NCBI RefSeq assembly: GCF_003367075.2
Contig: NZ_CP065936.1
Location: 1,260,001 to 1,292,000, forward strand
From: Cylindrospermopsis raciborskii Cr2010
Lineage (GTDB): Bacteria > Cyanobacteriota > Cyanobacteriia > Cyanobacteriales > Nostocaceae
Direction of reading: 5' to 3'
DNA: 32,000 bases
A program made the translations under genes and the position numbers. Of this stretch, positions 19,201 through 27,747 are shown in pieces. Within the stretch, counting starts at the first letter, position 1, and each line of letters starts with the position of its first letter. Under the pieces are notes generated by a model that did not search any database, was not told the DNA's origin, and worked only from the letters and a program-made list of their open reading frames with translations.

Positions 19201-19565
19201 AACCCATGGACTATAGGAAGTTATTTACAGCTATTCCTCTAGTAGCCAAATTACCTCTGTATATCAACCATATAGCCACAATTAGCTTAGAGGAGCAGTT
19301 TGTGAGATTGGAGTACCAAGGACCAGAGAAAGGATTTAAAGTTTTTCAGGGAATAATGCTTAGTTTTTTAAATAATCCCCTGGTGAAAGCAGATCTACTA
19401 TTGAAATTGGAGTTTAAATTTTTGTCACCAATTATGTATGGTAGAAGGGGGAGAAATAAGAGATCTTCAAAAATCGCTGGAACGGAATCCAGTAGACAAT
19501 TTGAACTTAGTTGCCAAAGTTACCTATTAAGAGTTTTCACATGCAGGAATTTCAGTTGCGAATAG
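16239..19565 (+). CDS. DUF499/COG1483-like ATPase; N-terminus altered by the IS630 end, C-terminus probably frameshifted
   Basis: STIFKTCAPREEILAGELSLDLFAAKLESVVKG...IIRLETSFGGGKTHDEIALWH (Walker A), VIILDEVAMYLR. First codons MKTAV derive from the IS630 terminal repeat. Confidence 0.85.
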   Translation: MKTAVSTIFKTCAPREEILAGELSLDLFAAKLESVVKGTAPKVYNDPKTFFENTFATDGLKNLITEVFGRLSGNMVGSPIIRLETSFGGGKTHDEIALWHIAKHGRKIPGIERFTDNIEIIPSYAVKAGAIACQDLEPADGVFHRDTGIRTYTLWGEIAYQLGGVEGYSLLKGADEMRVSPGTDVLRRIIQDAPTVIILDEVAMYLRRAKGITVGESDLAKQVIAFLFALMDLAASTNNIVLVYTLASASDSFGEETREVREALSISARQERIIKPSTDVEIYNIVKQRMFSSICSNAARDAGREYMQVYKNSRLDLPSGCKDSSYAESIEQSYPFHPELFNLLTKKIASIPNFQRTRGALRLLAIVIRYLWQELEDLAENSGIMGENSPFWIPMIHPHHIPLGMEEEITSDLTSRLDRPLMRIPIQADIYNPDGREAHSQIQDKEWSAADKPPFTSWVTRTIFLNSINQGTAAGIRVSELNLCLLTPGMDIGFVQTVLERLGEVAWYLDYDQFTSTARFKEEPSLNKVIAQEKEQVTTTETKERLRRERDTIFADHCFKLVSGPVNPSDVDDVADYIALCVIDFDEATISDTTQVAPTLVEKVFENTGESGKFRIYKNRLLFLVANKQELERSLDNMREYIAIENIMRSADKLQDLSEGQRKKLKEREGNFKLNVRVSIGNTYRHLFYPESDRVKAPKGLMHYTLPAQDSGDAKKKQQEVLLKKLRDCGKIRMEDAAAYAPSYIVQKVWPAGIDHWKTKEMKEAFFKDVSLKMFLDGEISKLRETIRNGILDGSWDMKIGEKVFIKAENLKVPDSIEFSEGVELYRPGILELPKPREIEISAQVMFSKDMKKPVRVGWRASGGLKVQMYENGKIIDKEFRPRDEYSTEIGETTIFKIVVDYGNGEILEKETTAFIGGGGNEGERYGDSTRKTTVGGFSAAESGSIFAVKPLIFSYAGTVNSSFVKLSDFIKDNKPAGIQEIEISVTEPMDYRKLFTAIPLVAKLPLYINHIATISLEEQFVRLEYQGPEKGFKVFQGIMLSFLNNPLVKADLLLKLEFKFLSPIMYGRRGRNKRSSKIAGTESSRQFELSCQSYLLRVFTCRNFSCE

Positions 19566-19969
19566 TGCCCACGGATAATAATAACTTTGCTGTTGAGTTA
19601 TATCAATGTGCCTATAAAAAAGCAGGAGAAAAGAAACGTCCTGCTGCTAAACGAATTGGCAGGTTAAAAAGTAGTATATTAGTACAGGTTCGGGAGATGG
19701 TTTATGATTGTTTGAAAGCGAATAACTACGATCCAAAGACTTTAACGCATAATAGGCAAGCTCATTATGTATTAAACGAGGAAACGGGAGTGAACCTAGC
19801 TTTATTATTTCAGACTGTACAACCGCTTTCAAAAGCAGAAAGAATAAGTAATATTGCCCAGGGAATACAAGCTATGAGTTATGAGGAATCTCATTATTGG
19901 TTTGCTAAAGTTAGTAATGGTAAACGCAGCCAAGCTTTAAGAGCAATTAGGGTTTTGTTGGGTGATTAG
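19541..19969 (+). CDS. Small companion protein of the methylase/helicase/ATPase operon
   Basis: MQEFQLRIVPTDNNNFAVELYQCAYKK...RIGRLKSSILVQVREMVYDCLKANNY...MSYEESHYWFAKVSNGKRSQALRAIRVLLGD. ATG at 19541 is a better start than 19511. Resembles the roughly 150-aa proteins I recall beside COG1743/COG1483 genes. Confidence 0.65.
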   Translation: MQEFQLRIVPTDNNNFAVELYQCAYKKAGEKKRPAAKRIGRLKSSILVQVREMVYDCLKANNYDPKTLTHNRQAHYVLNEETGVNLALLFQTVQPLSKAERISNIAQGIQAMSYEESHYWFAKVSNGKRSQALRAIRVLLGD

Positions 19970-20025
19970 ATCCTCGAGCGATTGCTCAGCACTCCCTGCG
20001 GGAGCTCGCGCAGCACTCGCAACCT

Positions 20026-20053
20026 GGAGACAGGGAATTCATTCCCTGTCTCC
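20026..20053. terminator. Strong hairpin between convergent genes (possible bidirectional terminator)
   Basis: GGAGACAGGGAAT-TC-ATTCCCTGTCTCC, 13-bp perfect stem, between genes ending at 19969 (+) and 20056 (-). Confidence 0.5.
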
Positions 20054-20055
20054 TC

Positions 20056-20388
20056 CTACGGTTTGAATCCTTCCGTGGGTCCACCAAATGTTTTCCAAGC
20101 TGGTAAACCCCCGGAAATAATCCCTACATTCCTAAATCCAGCTGACTCCAAAATATTAGCTCCTTGGGTGGCGTGCATGTCATTTTCACCGTAAACGTAA
20201 ATTTGACGGTCTTGATGTATACTGGATTTAGCACGTTCGGCTAAATTTCCCAAAGGGATGGAAATCGCTCCGGTTATTCGATGATGATTATAGGTGGGGC
20301 GATCGCGCAGGTCAACAATTGTTAATGCGGGCTGTCCCCATCGCAAACGGGCTATCAATTCACTAGCTTCAGCAGTTAAATTACTCAT
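20056..20388 (-). CDS. Rhodanese-like domain protein
   Basis: ALTIVDLRDRPTYNHHRITGAISIPLGNL...IYVYGENDMHATQGANILESAGFRNVGIISGGLPAW. The usual catalytic Cys position reads as Glu-Asn. Confidence 0.88.
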   Translation of the reverse strand: MSNLTAEASELIARLRWGQPALTIVDLRDRPTYNHHRITGAISIPLGNLAERAKSSIHQDRQIYVYGENDMHATQGANILESAGFRNVGIISGGLPAWKTFGGPTEGFKP

Positions 20389-20495
20389 AAGCTGGCTTTG
20401 CTTATAACTTTAAACGCAATCTATCAGAAATAATTTTCTAGTTCTGTTTTTTTTGCTATTAATTGAAATTCCTCTAATTGTCAGTTACACTATCT

Positions 20496-22148
20496 ATGAT
20501 TCAATCTTTGCCAACGGAAGTAGTTTATTTAATCACAGCGGGAGAAGTAATTGATAGTCTAAGTGCTGTCGTTAGGGAGTTGGTGGAGAATTCCCTGGAT
20601 GCAGGTGCAACACGCATAGTTATTTCCCTGTATCCAGAACAATGGCGAGTACGCGTCACAGATAATGGTTTGGGAATGAGTCTGGAGGATTTAGAACAAG
20701 CTGCGATCGCCCATAGTACAAGCAAAATCCACCATGCTGCTGATTTATGGAAAATTAAAACTTTGGGGTTTCGTGGTCAAGCACTACATAGCTTAACTAC
20801 CTTGGGGGAACTGGAAATTTTCAGTCGCTGTGCAGGAGAAAACCAAGGATGGCGGGTGGTTTACAATAAAAATGGCAATGTGACTAAAACGGAAGTAGTG
20901 GCGATCGCACCTGGTACTGTAGTAACGGTGGATAATTTGTTTGGTAACTATGCTGAACGTCGACAAGGATTACCAAATAAAAATCAGCAGTTAAAAAAAG
21001 TCCAAGCGACAATCCAGCAAATTGCTTTGTGTCATCCCCAGGTAACCTATCAGGTATGGCAAGATAAAACGGAATGGTTTACAATTTACCCAGCACCTGC
21101 TGTGGAAAGAATAATCCCGCAAATTCTCAATCAAGTTAAGCCAGGTGATCTAAAAGGAATAAATTTAACAATACCAGAATTAGACTCGACAATTAACTTA
21201 GTAGTGGGCTTACCTGATCGGTGTCATCGACACAAACCTGACTGGGTGAAAATAGCCATTAATGGTAGAATAGTCAAGTCACCAGAGCTAGAAGAGGCGG
21301 TTTTTGGAGCATTTTATAAAACCCTACCACGCGATCGCTATCCAGTTTGTTTTGTACATTTGACTATCCAACCGGATCAAATTAACTGGAATCGCAACCC
21401 CGCCAAAAACGAAATTTACCTGAACAAAATGACTTATTGGCAACAAAAAGTTACCGAGAGTATTGATCAAGCATTTAGCATTGCTAGTTCTACTATCAAA
21501 GAGTCGGTGCAGACAGGTAGGATAACCAATTTATTCAAATTGGCTGAAACCAAGGGTGATTATAATTTTTCCCATTCTAACCCAGAAGAGAACAAAGGAT
21601 CAAATTTAATAGACTTAAAAGTAATTGGTCAAGCAAGTAACACCTATATTGTTGCCGAATATTCAGAAGGTATGTGGTTAATAGAGCAACATATAGCCCA
21701 TGAAAGAGTGATATACGAAAGACTCTGTGATCAATGGCAAATTGTACCTGTAGAATCTCCTATTGTACTTTATCAATTATCTACCGAACAGGTCAAACAA
21801 CTGGAAAAAATTAATTTAGATATTGAATGTTTTGGAGAAAACCTATGGGCGGTACGCAGTGTACCGGAGATGTTAAAAAATAGAGAAGACTGTGGAGAAG
21901 CATTGTTAGAATTGAGCATGGGGGGAAACCTAGAAGCTGCCAAAGTTGCAGTTGCTTGTCGAACTGCGATTCGCAATGGTACACCTATGACCTTAGTGGA
22001 AATGGAACAATTGATATATGATTGGCAACGCACCCGTAATCCCCGCACCTGTCCCCACGGTAGACCTATTTGTTTAACATTAGAGGAGTCAACTCTAGCC
22101 AGGTTTTTCCGTCGTCATTGGGTGGTGGGTAAGAGTCATGGGATTTAA
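20496..22148 (+). CDS. mutL: DNA mismatch repair protein MutL
   Basis: MIQSLPTEVVYLITAGEVIDSLSAVVRELVENSLDAGATRI, TDNGLGM, TLGFRGQALHSL; C-terminal ACRTAIRNGTPM...CPHGRP. Confidence 0.95.
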   Translation: MIQSLPTEVVYLITAGEVIDSLSAVVRELVENSLDAGATRIVISLYPEQWRVRVTDNGLGMSLEDLEQAAIAHSTSKIHHAADLWKIKTLGFRGQALHSLTTLGELEIFSRCAGENQGWRVVYNKNGNVTKTEVVAIAPGTVVTVDNLFGNYAERRQGLPNKNQQLKKVQATIQQIALCHPQVTYQVWQDKTEWFTIYPAPAVERIIPQILNQVKPGDLKGINLTIPELDSTINLVVGLPDRCHRHKPDWVKIAINGRIVKSPELEEAVFGAFYKTLPRDRYPVCFVHLTIQPDQINWNRNPAKNEIYLNKMTYWQQKVTESIDQAFSIASSTIKESVQTGRITNLFKLAETKGDYNFSHSNPEENKGSNLIDLKVIGQASNTYIVAEYSEGMWLIEQHIAHERVIYERLCDQWQIVPVESPIVLYQLSTEQVKQLEKINLDIECFGENLWAVRSVPEMLKNREDCGEALLELSMGGNLEAAKVAVACRTAIRNGTPMTLVEMEQLIYDWQRTRNPRTCPHGRPICLTLEESTLARFFRRHWVVGKSHGI

Positions 22149-22314
22149 AGAAACCGGATTGAAGGGTGTTCTGATTTTTTAAAAACTATAAATAAGGTTA
22201 TAAATAAAATTATAAATAATTAATAATGGTAAATGATAAGTTTCCTGTCTATTGAAAATCCTCATAGAAAAAATTAGAATAAGTGGGTGGTTGGAATTAA
22301 ATATAAGATGAACG

Positions 22315-22348
22315 TAGGTTGGGTTGAAGTATAAAACCCATCCTACAA
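22315..22348. repeat. Dispersed intergenic palindromic repeat copy
   Basis: GTAGGTTGGGTTGAAGTATAAAACCCATCCTAC; palindromic and related to 5698-5731. Confidence 0.5.
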
Positions 22349-22391
22349 ATAATTGTGCCTCCCTACTTATGGCAGATAAATAAACTTATCC

Positions 22392-23495
22392 ATGAAAAAG
22401 ATAGCACTTATGAATAACATAGCTAATCAGTATTATCTTTATGTTAGTAAACATGAAAGTCCAATTCCATGGAATATATATGATCCTAAACCACCCATAG
22501 AATTTGCTCTGACTAGTTATTTTGGGCAAATATTTCAGAAGATAGAACAAAGTTGTCTGCTCAGTGGTCTAATTTTTTATATCACCTGGAGTGAAATTGA
22601 CGAACTACCATCATACGGAAGCAATGTTGTGGTTTTTGTTTTGGGAGATGAATGGTATCGTATACCCAACTATGCTCATAAAGTCAGAGCGGTATTTAAG
22701 TGTATAGGAACCCAGACTATTCTAGGGTGTAATCCTTTTTTAGAGCCTTCTCGTTTGAACTTACTGACATTAATTCAGTTTTTAAGAATTCTATTTGTTG
22801 GTATACCCGGGTGGATAAATTACCGTTGGCATAAATCTAAACACTGGTTATTAGGTCAAGAAAAAATTCCGCCAATTTATGATGTTCCCCTAGGGTATAA
22901 TAAATCAGAATATCTGCCCATTAAAAATATCCAGGAGCGGATTTATGACACCTATTTTTCCGGGAGTGTAATGCACAGAAATTACGGAATTATGTCGGTC
23001 AAGTTCTGGTTAGGAACCCCTAAAATATTATCTCGAGAATTGATGTTATCAACCCTGAAAAAGTTGCAAGATAACTATCCTGAACTGAAAATAGAATTAT
23101 CCATGACAGGTGGTTACCACGAGAGAAGTAAACAAGATGACCAGAGTTACAGTCAACTGATGATGGATACAAAAATCTGTGTTGTCCCTAGGGGAACATC
23201 CTGGGAAACAACCCGTTTATTTGAGGGTATGAAATATGGCTGTGTGTTGGTAACCGAAGCATTACCTGACCGCTGGTATTTAAAAGGAGTGCCAACAATT
23301 CAAATCAAAAATTGGCAACAATTACCCAAGGTCTTAAAAGAGCTATTAGATAATCAAGATTTGATGCAAGAAATGCACCATAAGTCATTAACTTTTTGGC
23401 AAGATAAATGCTGTGAAACTGTGGTAGCAGATTATATAATTGGTAAATTAACTCCCCAGGGGAACCTTAACTTTACTAAATTCTCAAAATATTAA
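22392..23495 (+). CDS. Exostosin-like family protein / putative glycosyltransferase
   Basis: MMDTKICVVPRGTSWETTRLFEGMKYGCVLVTEALPDRWYLKGVPTIQIKNWQQLPKVLKELL resembles the exostosin GT47-like C-terminal region. Confidence 0.65.
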   Translation: MKKIALMNNIANQYYLYVSKHESPIPWNIYDPKPPIEFALTSYFGQIFQKIEQSCLLSGLIFYITWSEIDELPSYGSNVVVFVLGDEWYRIPNYAHKVRAVFKCIGTQTILGCNPFLEPSRLNLLTLIQFLRILFVGIPGWINYRWHKSKHWLLGQEKIPPIYDVPLGYNKSEYLPIKNIQERIYDTYFSGSVMHRNYGIMSVKFWLGTPKILSRELMLSTLKKLQDNYPELKIELSMTGGYHERSKQDDQSYSQLMMDTKICVVPRGTSWETTRLFEGMKYGCVLVTEALPDRWYLKGVPTIQIKNWQQLPKVLKELLDNQDLMQEMHHKSLTFWQDKCCETVVADYIIGKLTPQGNLNFTKFSKY

Positions 23496-23612
23496 TAAAT
23501 AACCAACAAAAGAATAAACTCCAATTCTGTGCTAGATTTAATATAACTGGAGCATTAGCTCAAATATAATGAAAATACACTTCTACAAGTGTGAAAACCC
23601 ACGGTGCCAAAA

Positions 23613-23632
23613 TAAAGGCGTTAAATTGCCTT
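23613..23632. terminator. Intergenic hairpin (possible terminator or attenuator)
   Basis: GCGTTAA-ATTGCC-TTAACGC, upstream of the porin gene. No long T-run follows. Confidence 0.3.
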
Positions 23633-23754
23633 AACGCTTCTGCGCTTCATTTATTGGTAAATCAGGTGATCACAAAATCTGCCACTTCAAAATACATCAC
23701 AAGATGTGATTACATGGGTAAACCGATTTGTATTTGGTGTGAGGAATAGTAGAA

Positions 23755-25365
23755 ATGTCTAATAATTTTGTGTGGAAATCCATGGTAGTTAGTCCTGCGG
23801 TTTTAGGAGTAGCGCTGTTAGCGTCTGGAACAGCGATCGCTTCTACCACAGAAGCTCCCCAATCTTCTTCAGAACTAGCTCAATTTACCCCTGTTTCTCA
23901 ATTTTCCGATGTTCAACCTACAGACTGGGCGTTTCAAGCATTACAGTCCCTGGTAGAACGTTATGGTTGTGTTTCTGGTTATCCAAATGGTACCTTTCGT
24001 GGTAAAAGGGCATTAAGCCGTTATGAGTTTGCTGCAGCATTAAATTCCTGTTTAGGGAGAGTAAATGAATTAATCGCTACAGCAACAGCAGATATGGTGA
24101 CTAAACAAGATTTAGTTACTATACAGCGATTGCAAGAGGAGTTCTCCGCTGAACTAGCAACTTTACGTAGTCGTGTAGATACTGTGGAAGAGCGTACTGC
24201 GCAGTTAGAAGCTAATCAATTCTCCACCACCACTAAATTAAAAGGTGAGGCAATTTTTGTCCTCACTGATTCTTCAGGAAATGATTCTGTTCCTGGAGAG
24301 ACAGTTTTGCAAAATCGAGTCCGTTTGAACCTGCAAAGCAGTTTTACCGGTAAAGACGTGTTAGATACCCGTTTAACTGCGGGTAATGCCCAGGGATTTG
24401 GCAATACGGGGGAAACTAAACAAACCTTTGAAATTGGCAAAACTAATCCAGGTAATAACGTTGAACTGGATCAACTCACCTATCAAACACCTTTAGGTAG
24501 GGCGCGGATTTATCTAGCAGCTACAGGTGGTCAACATAGTGATTATGTAAGAGTTAATAATCCCTATTTTTCTGATAAAAATGATGATGGTAGTCTAAGT
24601 ACATTTACGGCTGAAAACCCCATTTATCGGATTGGAGGTGGTTCGGGTGTTGCGGTAAATATACCTCTGGGTGAAGGTGGTAGTGGGGTTAAATCCAGCT
24701 CCGTGAGTATAGGATACTTAGCCTCGGGAAACAGAACCTCTGGCGCGGAAAACCCTGCTAGTGGAGGTGGTTTGTTTGATGGTAACTATGCAGCTCTGGG
24801 TCAGTTAAACTTCAACTTGAGTAATCGTTTAGCCTTGGCTGCTACTTACGTACATGGTTATCATGGGGTGGGTAGTACCCTATTCGACTCGGGACGGGAT
24901 AATGGTGCAGTGGTGGGTACTCCTCAAGCCAATAGTTTGGGTCACAGTGCCCTAACTGGTTCCCAAATTAGCGCTTCCTCCAGTAATTCCTACGGACTGT
25001 CCGCAGCTTTCCACCCCACTAATAAATTAGCCATTACTGGTTTTATTTCCTACCATGATATCACTGGCTTTGGGGTGAATGATGATTATGAAGCGTGGAG
25101 TTATGGCATGGGTGTAGCACTACCTGATATGGGTAAAAAAGGGAACGTTTTGGGAATTTTTGGCGGAGCCCAACCCTACTCCTTTAGTAATGATGGTGGT
25201 GTAGGAAATCGGAATATTCCCTACCAAATTGAAGGTTTCTATAGGTATCAGGTTTCTGACCACATCTCCGTTACTCCTGGTTTAGTTTGGCTACCTGCAA
25301 TTGGTCAAAACGATAATCAACCAGATACTTTTATTGGTACGCTAAGAACAAAGTTTTCTTTCTAA
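23755..25365 (+). CDS. SLH-domain porin (cyanobacterial iron-uptake/SomA-like)
   Basis: Signal-like N-terminus, SLH domain FSDVQPTDWAFQALQSLVERYGCVSGYPNGTFRGKRALSRYEFAAALNSCL, coiled coil, then a beta-rich region ending in FIGTLRTKFSF. Confidence 0.93.
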   Translation: MSNNFVWKSMVVSPAVLGVALLASGTAIASTTEAPQSSSELAQFTPVSQFSDVQPTDWAFQALQSLVERYGCVSGYPNGTFRGKRALSRYEFAAALNSCLGRVNELIATATADMVTKQDLVTIQRLQEEFSAELATLRSRVDTVEERTAQLEANQFSTTTKLKGEAIFVLTDSSGNDSVPGETVLQNRVRLNLQSSFTGKDVLDTRLTAGNAQGFGNTGETKQTFEIGKTNPGNNVELDQLTYQTPLGRARIYLAATGGQHSDYVRVNNPYFSDKNDDGSLSTFTAENPIYRIGGGSGVAVNIPLGEGGSGVKSSSVSIGYLASGNRTSGAENPASGGGLFDGNYAALGQLNFNLSNRLALAATYVHGYHGVGSTLFDSGRDNGAVVGTPQANSLGHSALTGSQISASSSNSYGLSAAFHPTNKLAITGFISYHDITGFGVNDDYEAWSYGMGVALPDMGKKGNVLGIFGGAQPYSFSNDGGVGNRNIPYQIEGFYRYQVSDHISVTPGLVWLPAIGQNDNQPDTFIGTLRTKFSF

Positions 25366-25389
25366 ATCATTTATTAGCATTAAGATTAG

Positions 25390-25414
25390 AACCCGTCCCC
25401 AGGCGGGTTTTTTT
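25390..25414 (+). terminator. Rho-independent terminator of the porin gene
   Basis: AACCCG-TCCCCAGG-CGGGTT followed by TTTTT, 25 bp after the porin stop codon. Confidence 0.85.
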
Positions 25415-25536
25415 ATGACCTTGACTTGTAAGATTTCCCCGATTCTCCATGGAACAAGTGGAGTACAATAAGAATAAGCAAGTGTAAAGTTCAGTAATTT
25501 TCTTGTTTTGTTCCTTTATTGTAAAAATTTCATCCC

Positions 25537-25986
25537 GTGGAACTATCCTGTAAATCTGAATACGCAATTCTGGCGTTATTAGAAATGGCCACCCATTACC
25601 AAAATGGTGAACCGATGCAAATTCGACAAATCGCTAACCAACAAAACATACCAGACCGGTATTTAGAACAGTTACTGGCTACTTTGAGACGCGGAGGTAT
25701 TATTAAAAGCCAACGAGGGTCTAAAGGTGGTTATCTCTTGGCGCGAGAACCACGAAAAATCACTCTTCTTGATATTTTGGAATGTTTAGAAGGTTTAGAT
25801 ATCAAGATAGCAGAAGATAATACCAACCCGAAAACTGCCCCCAAAACTGCTGATAGTGGGATTATTGATGAGATTTGGAAAGAAGCTCGTCAAGCTGCCA
25901 ATTTAGTCCTGGAAAAATACTCCCTGGAAGATCTTTGTGAAAAAAGAACCCTCAGAAGACAGTTAGATATCATGTACTATATTTGA
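25537..25986 (+). CDS. Rrf2-family transcriptional regulator (CymR/IscR-like)
   Basis: MELSCKSEYAILALLEMATHY...IPDRYLEQLLATLRRGGIIKSQRGSKGGYLLAREPRKITLLDILECLEG; immediately upstream of cysK. Confidence 0.93.
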   Translation: MELSCKSEYAILALLEMATHYQNGEPMQIRQIANQQNIPDRYLEQLLATLRRGGIIKSQRGSKGGYLLAREPRKITLLDILECLEGLDIKIAEDNTNPKTAPKTADSGIIDEIWKEARQAANLVLEKYSLEDLCEKRTLRRQLDIMYYI

Positions 25987-26001
25987 TTTAAAGGAAGGAA
26001 A

Positions 26002-26949
26002 ATGATGCAGATTGCTAAAAACATTACGGAACTAATTGGTAGAACTCCTTTAGTGCAGTTAAACCATATTCCCCAAGCGGAAGGTTGTTATGCACAAATT
26101 GTGGTTAAGTTGGAAAGTATGAACCCCTCAGCATCCGTCAAGGATCGTATTGGTGTTAGTATGATCAATGATGCGGAAAAAGAAGGTTTAATTACCCCTG
26201 GTAAAACAGTATTGGTGGAGCCAACATCTGGTAATACGGGTATCGCCTTAGCTATGGCAGCTTCCGCAAGAGGATATAAGTTAATTTTAACAATGCCAGA
26301 AACCATGAGTGCGGAAAGGCGGGCAATGTTAAGGGCTTATGGCGCTCAGTTGGAACTCACACCAGGTATTGAAGGAATGAGTGGCGCTATTCGTAAGGCC
26401 CAAGAAATTGTGGAAAAAACCACACACTCATATATGTTGCAGCAATTCCGTAACCCCTCTAATCCTAAAATACACTGGGAAACAACAGCTCAAGAAATCT
26501 GGCAAGATACTGATGGTCAGGTTGATATGGTTATCTCCGGTGTGGGAACCGGAGGTACTATTACTGGTGTCGCTGAGTTCATTAAGTCAAAAAAACCCAG
26601 TTTCCAAGCGATCGCAGTGGAACCAGCAAATAGTCCAGTATTATCTGGTGGTAAACCTGGGCCCCATAAAATTCAGGGAATTGGAGCTGGTTTTATTCCT
26701 CAAGTATTAAAGGTAGAATTAATTGATGAGGTAATTGCTGTAACTGATGAAGAGGCGATCGCCTTTAGTCGGAGGTTAGCTAGGGAGGAGGGTTTATTAT
26801 CTGGAATTTCTAGTGGAGCTGCTTTATGTGCAGCGGTTCGTGTGGCCCAACGTCCGGAAAATCAAGGGCGTTTAATCGTCATGATTCAACCTAGTTTTGG
26901 GGAAAGATACCTAAGCACACCCCTATTCCAAGATTTGGAAATCAGTTAA
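26002..26949 (+). CDS. cysK: Cysteine synthase A
   Basis: [66 protein letters not shown]. Confidence 0.95.
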   Translation: MMQIAKNITELIGRTPLVQLNHIPQAEGCYAQIVVKLESMNPSASVKDRIGVSMINDAEKEGLITPGKTVLVEPTSGNTGIALAMAASARGYKLILTMPETMSAERRAMLRAYGAQLELTPGIEGMSGAIRKAQEIVEKTTHSYMLQQFRNPSNPKIHWETTAQEIWQDTDGQVDMVISGVGTGGTITGVAEFIKSKKPSFQAIAVEPANSPVLSGGKPGPHKIQGIGAGFIPQVLKVELIDEVIAVTDEEAIAFSRRLAREEGLLSGISSGAALCAAVRVAQRPENQGRLIVMIQPSFGERYLSTPLFQDLEIS

Positions 26950-27053
26950 CCTATTGTTAGGGGAAGGGGGCACAAAATCAGAAAACCATAGCAAATACCC
27001 TAAGGAATCAAATTACCACCAGATAAAAAAATCCGCCACCAGATCGCTCAATC

Positions 27054-27731
27054 ATGCATGATTCGAATCATTATCAAACACTACAAATAAACAATAAGGC
27101 GACTGCTGCTGAAATAAAAAAAGCGTATCGCCGACTAGTCAAGATGTTCCACCCTGATAGTAATCAGGATACTGCTGACCACGAAGAGATTATTAAGATT
27201 AATGCAGCTTATGAAGTCTTAAGTGATGTTGAGCAGAGGGTAAAATATGATGAACAAATAGGGAACACATCACACCCACGCACTGGAAATAGGGAAAATC
27301 CACGCCAAACTAAAAAACCAGGGGGAAAAGAAGCAGATGAAAAGGTAGAAGAGTGGTTAAAGTTAGTTTATCAACCAATTAATCGTTGGCTTTGTAGTAT
27401 AGTGTCTTCCCTAGAGCAGCAACTAGAAGATTTAGCAGCGGATCCCTTTGACGAACAATTAATAGATGAATTTCAAGCATATTTAGATACTTGTCGAGAC
27501 AAGTTAAAAAAAGCCCAAACCGCCTTTCGTTCTTTACCTAATCCTCCCAGTTTAGCCACATCTGCTGCTCATCTTTATTATGCTCTAAATCAGGTTAGTG
27601 ACGGATTAGAAGAATTGGCATATTTTCCCCTGAGTTATGATGATCGTTATTTGCATACTGGTAAGGAGATGTTTAGAATTGCTAAACATCTACTTGACTT
27701 CTCCCCAGGTTCAAACACCAGGGAGAAGTGA
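27054..27731 (+). CDS. J-domain (DnaJ-like) protein
   Basis: NHYQTLQINNKATAAEIKKAYRRLVKMFHPDSNQDTADHEEIIKINAAYEVLSDVEQRVKYD, with the HPD motif. Confidence 0.92.
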   Translation: MHDSNHYQTLQINNKATAAEIKKAYRRLVKMFHPDSNQDTADHEEIIKINAAYEVLSDVEQRVKYDEQIGNTSHPRTGNRENPRQTKKPGGKEADEKVEEWLKLVYQPINRWLCSIVSSLEQQLEDLAADPFDEQLIDEFQAYLDTCRDKLKKAQTAFRSLPNPPSLATSAAHLYYALNQVSDGLEELAYFPLSYDDRYLHTGKEMFRIAKHLLDFSPGSNTREK

Positions 27732-27747
27732 AAAATAAAGGCAAAAA

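Noticed and set aside
10796-19969. Calling the damaged operon DISARM or BREX
   Set aside because: No DUF1998 protein, PglZ or BrxC/L hallmark was recognised. The DUF499 + COG1743-type methylase combination is a different arrangement.
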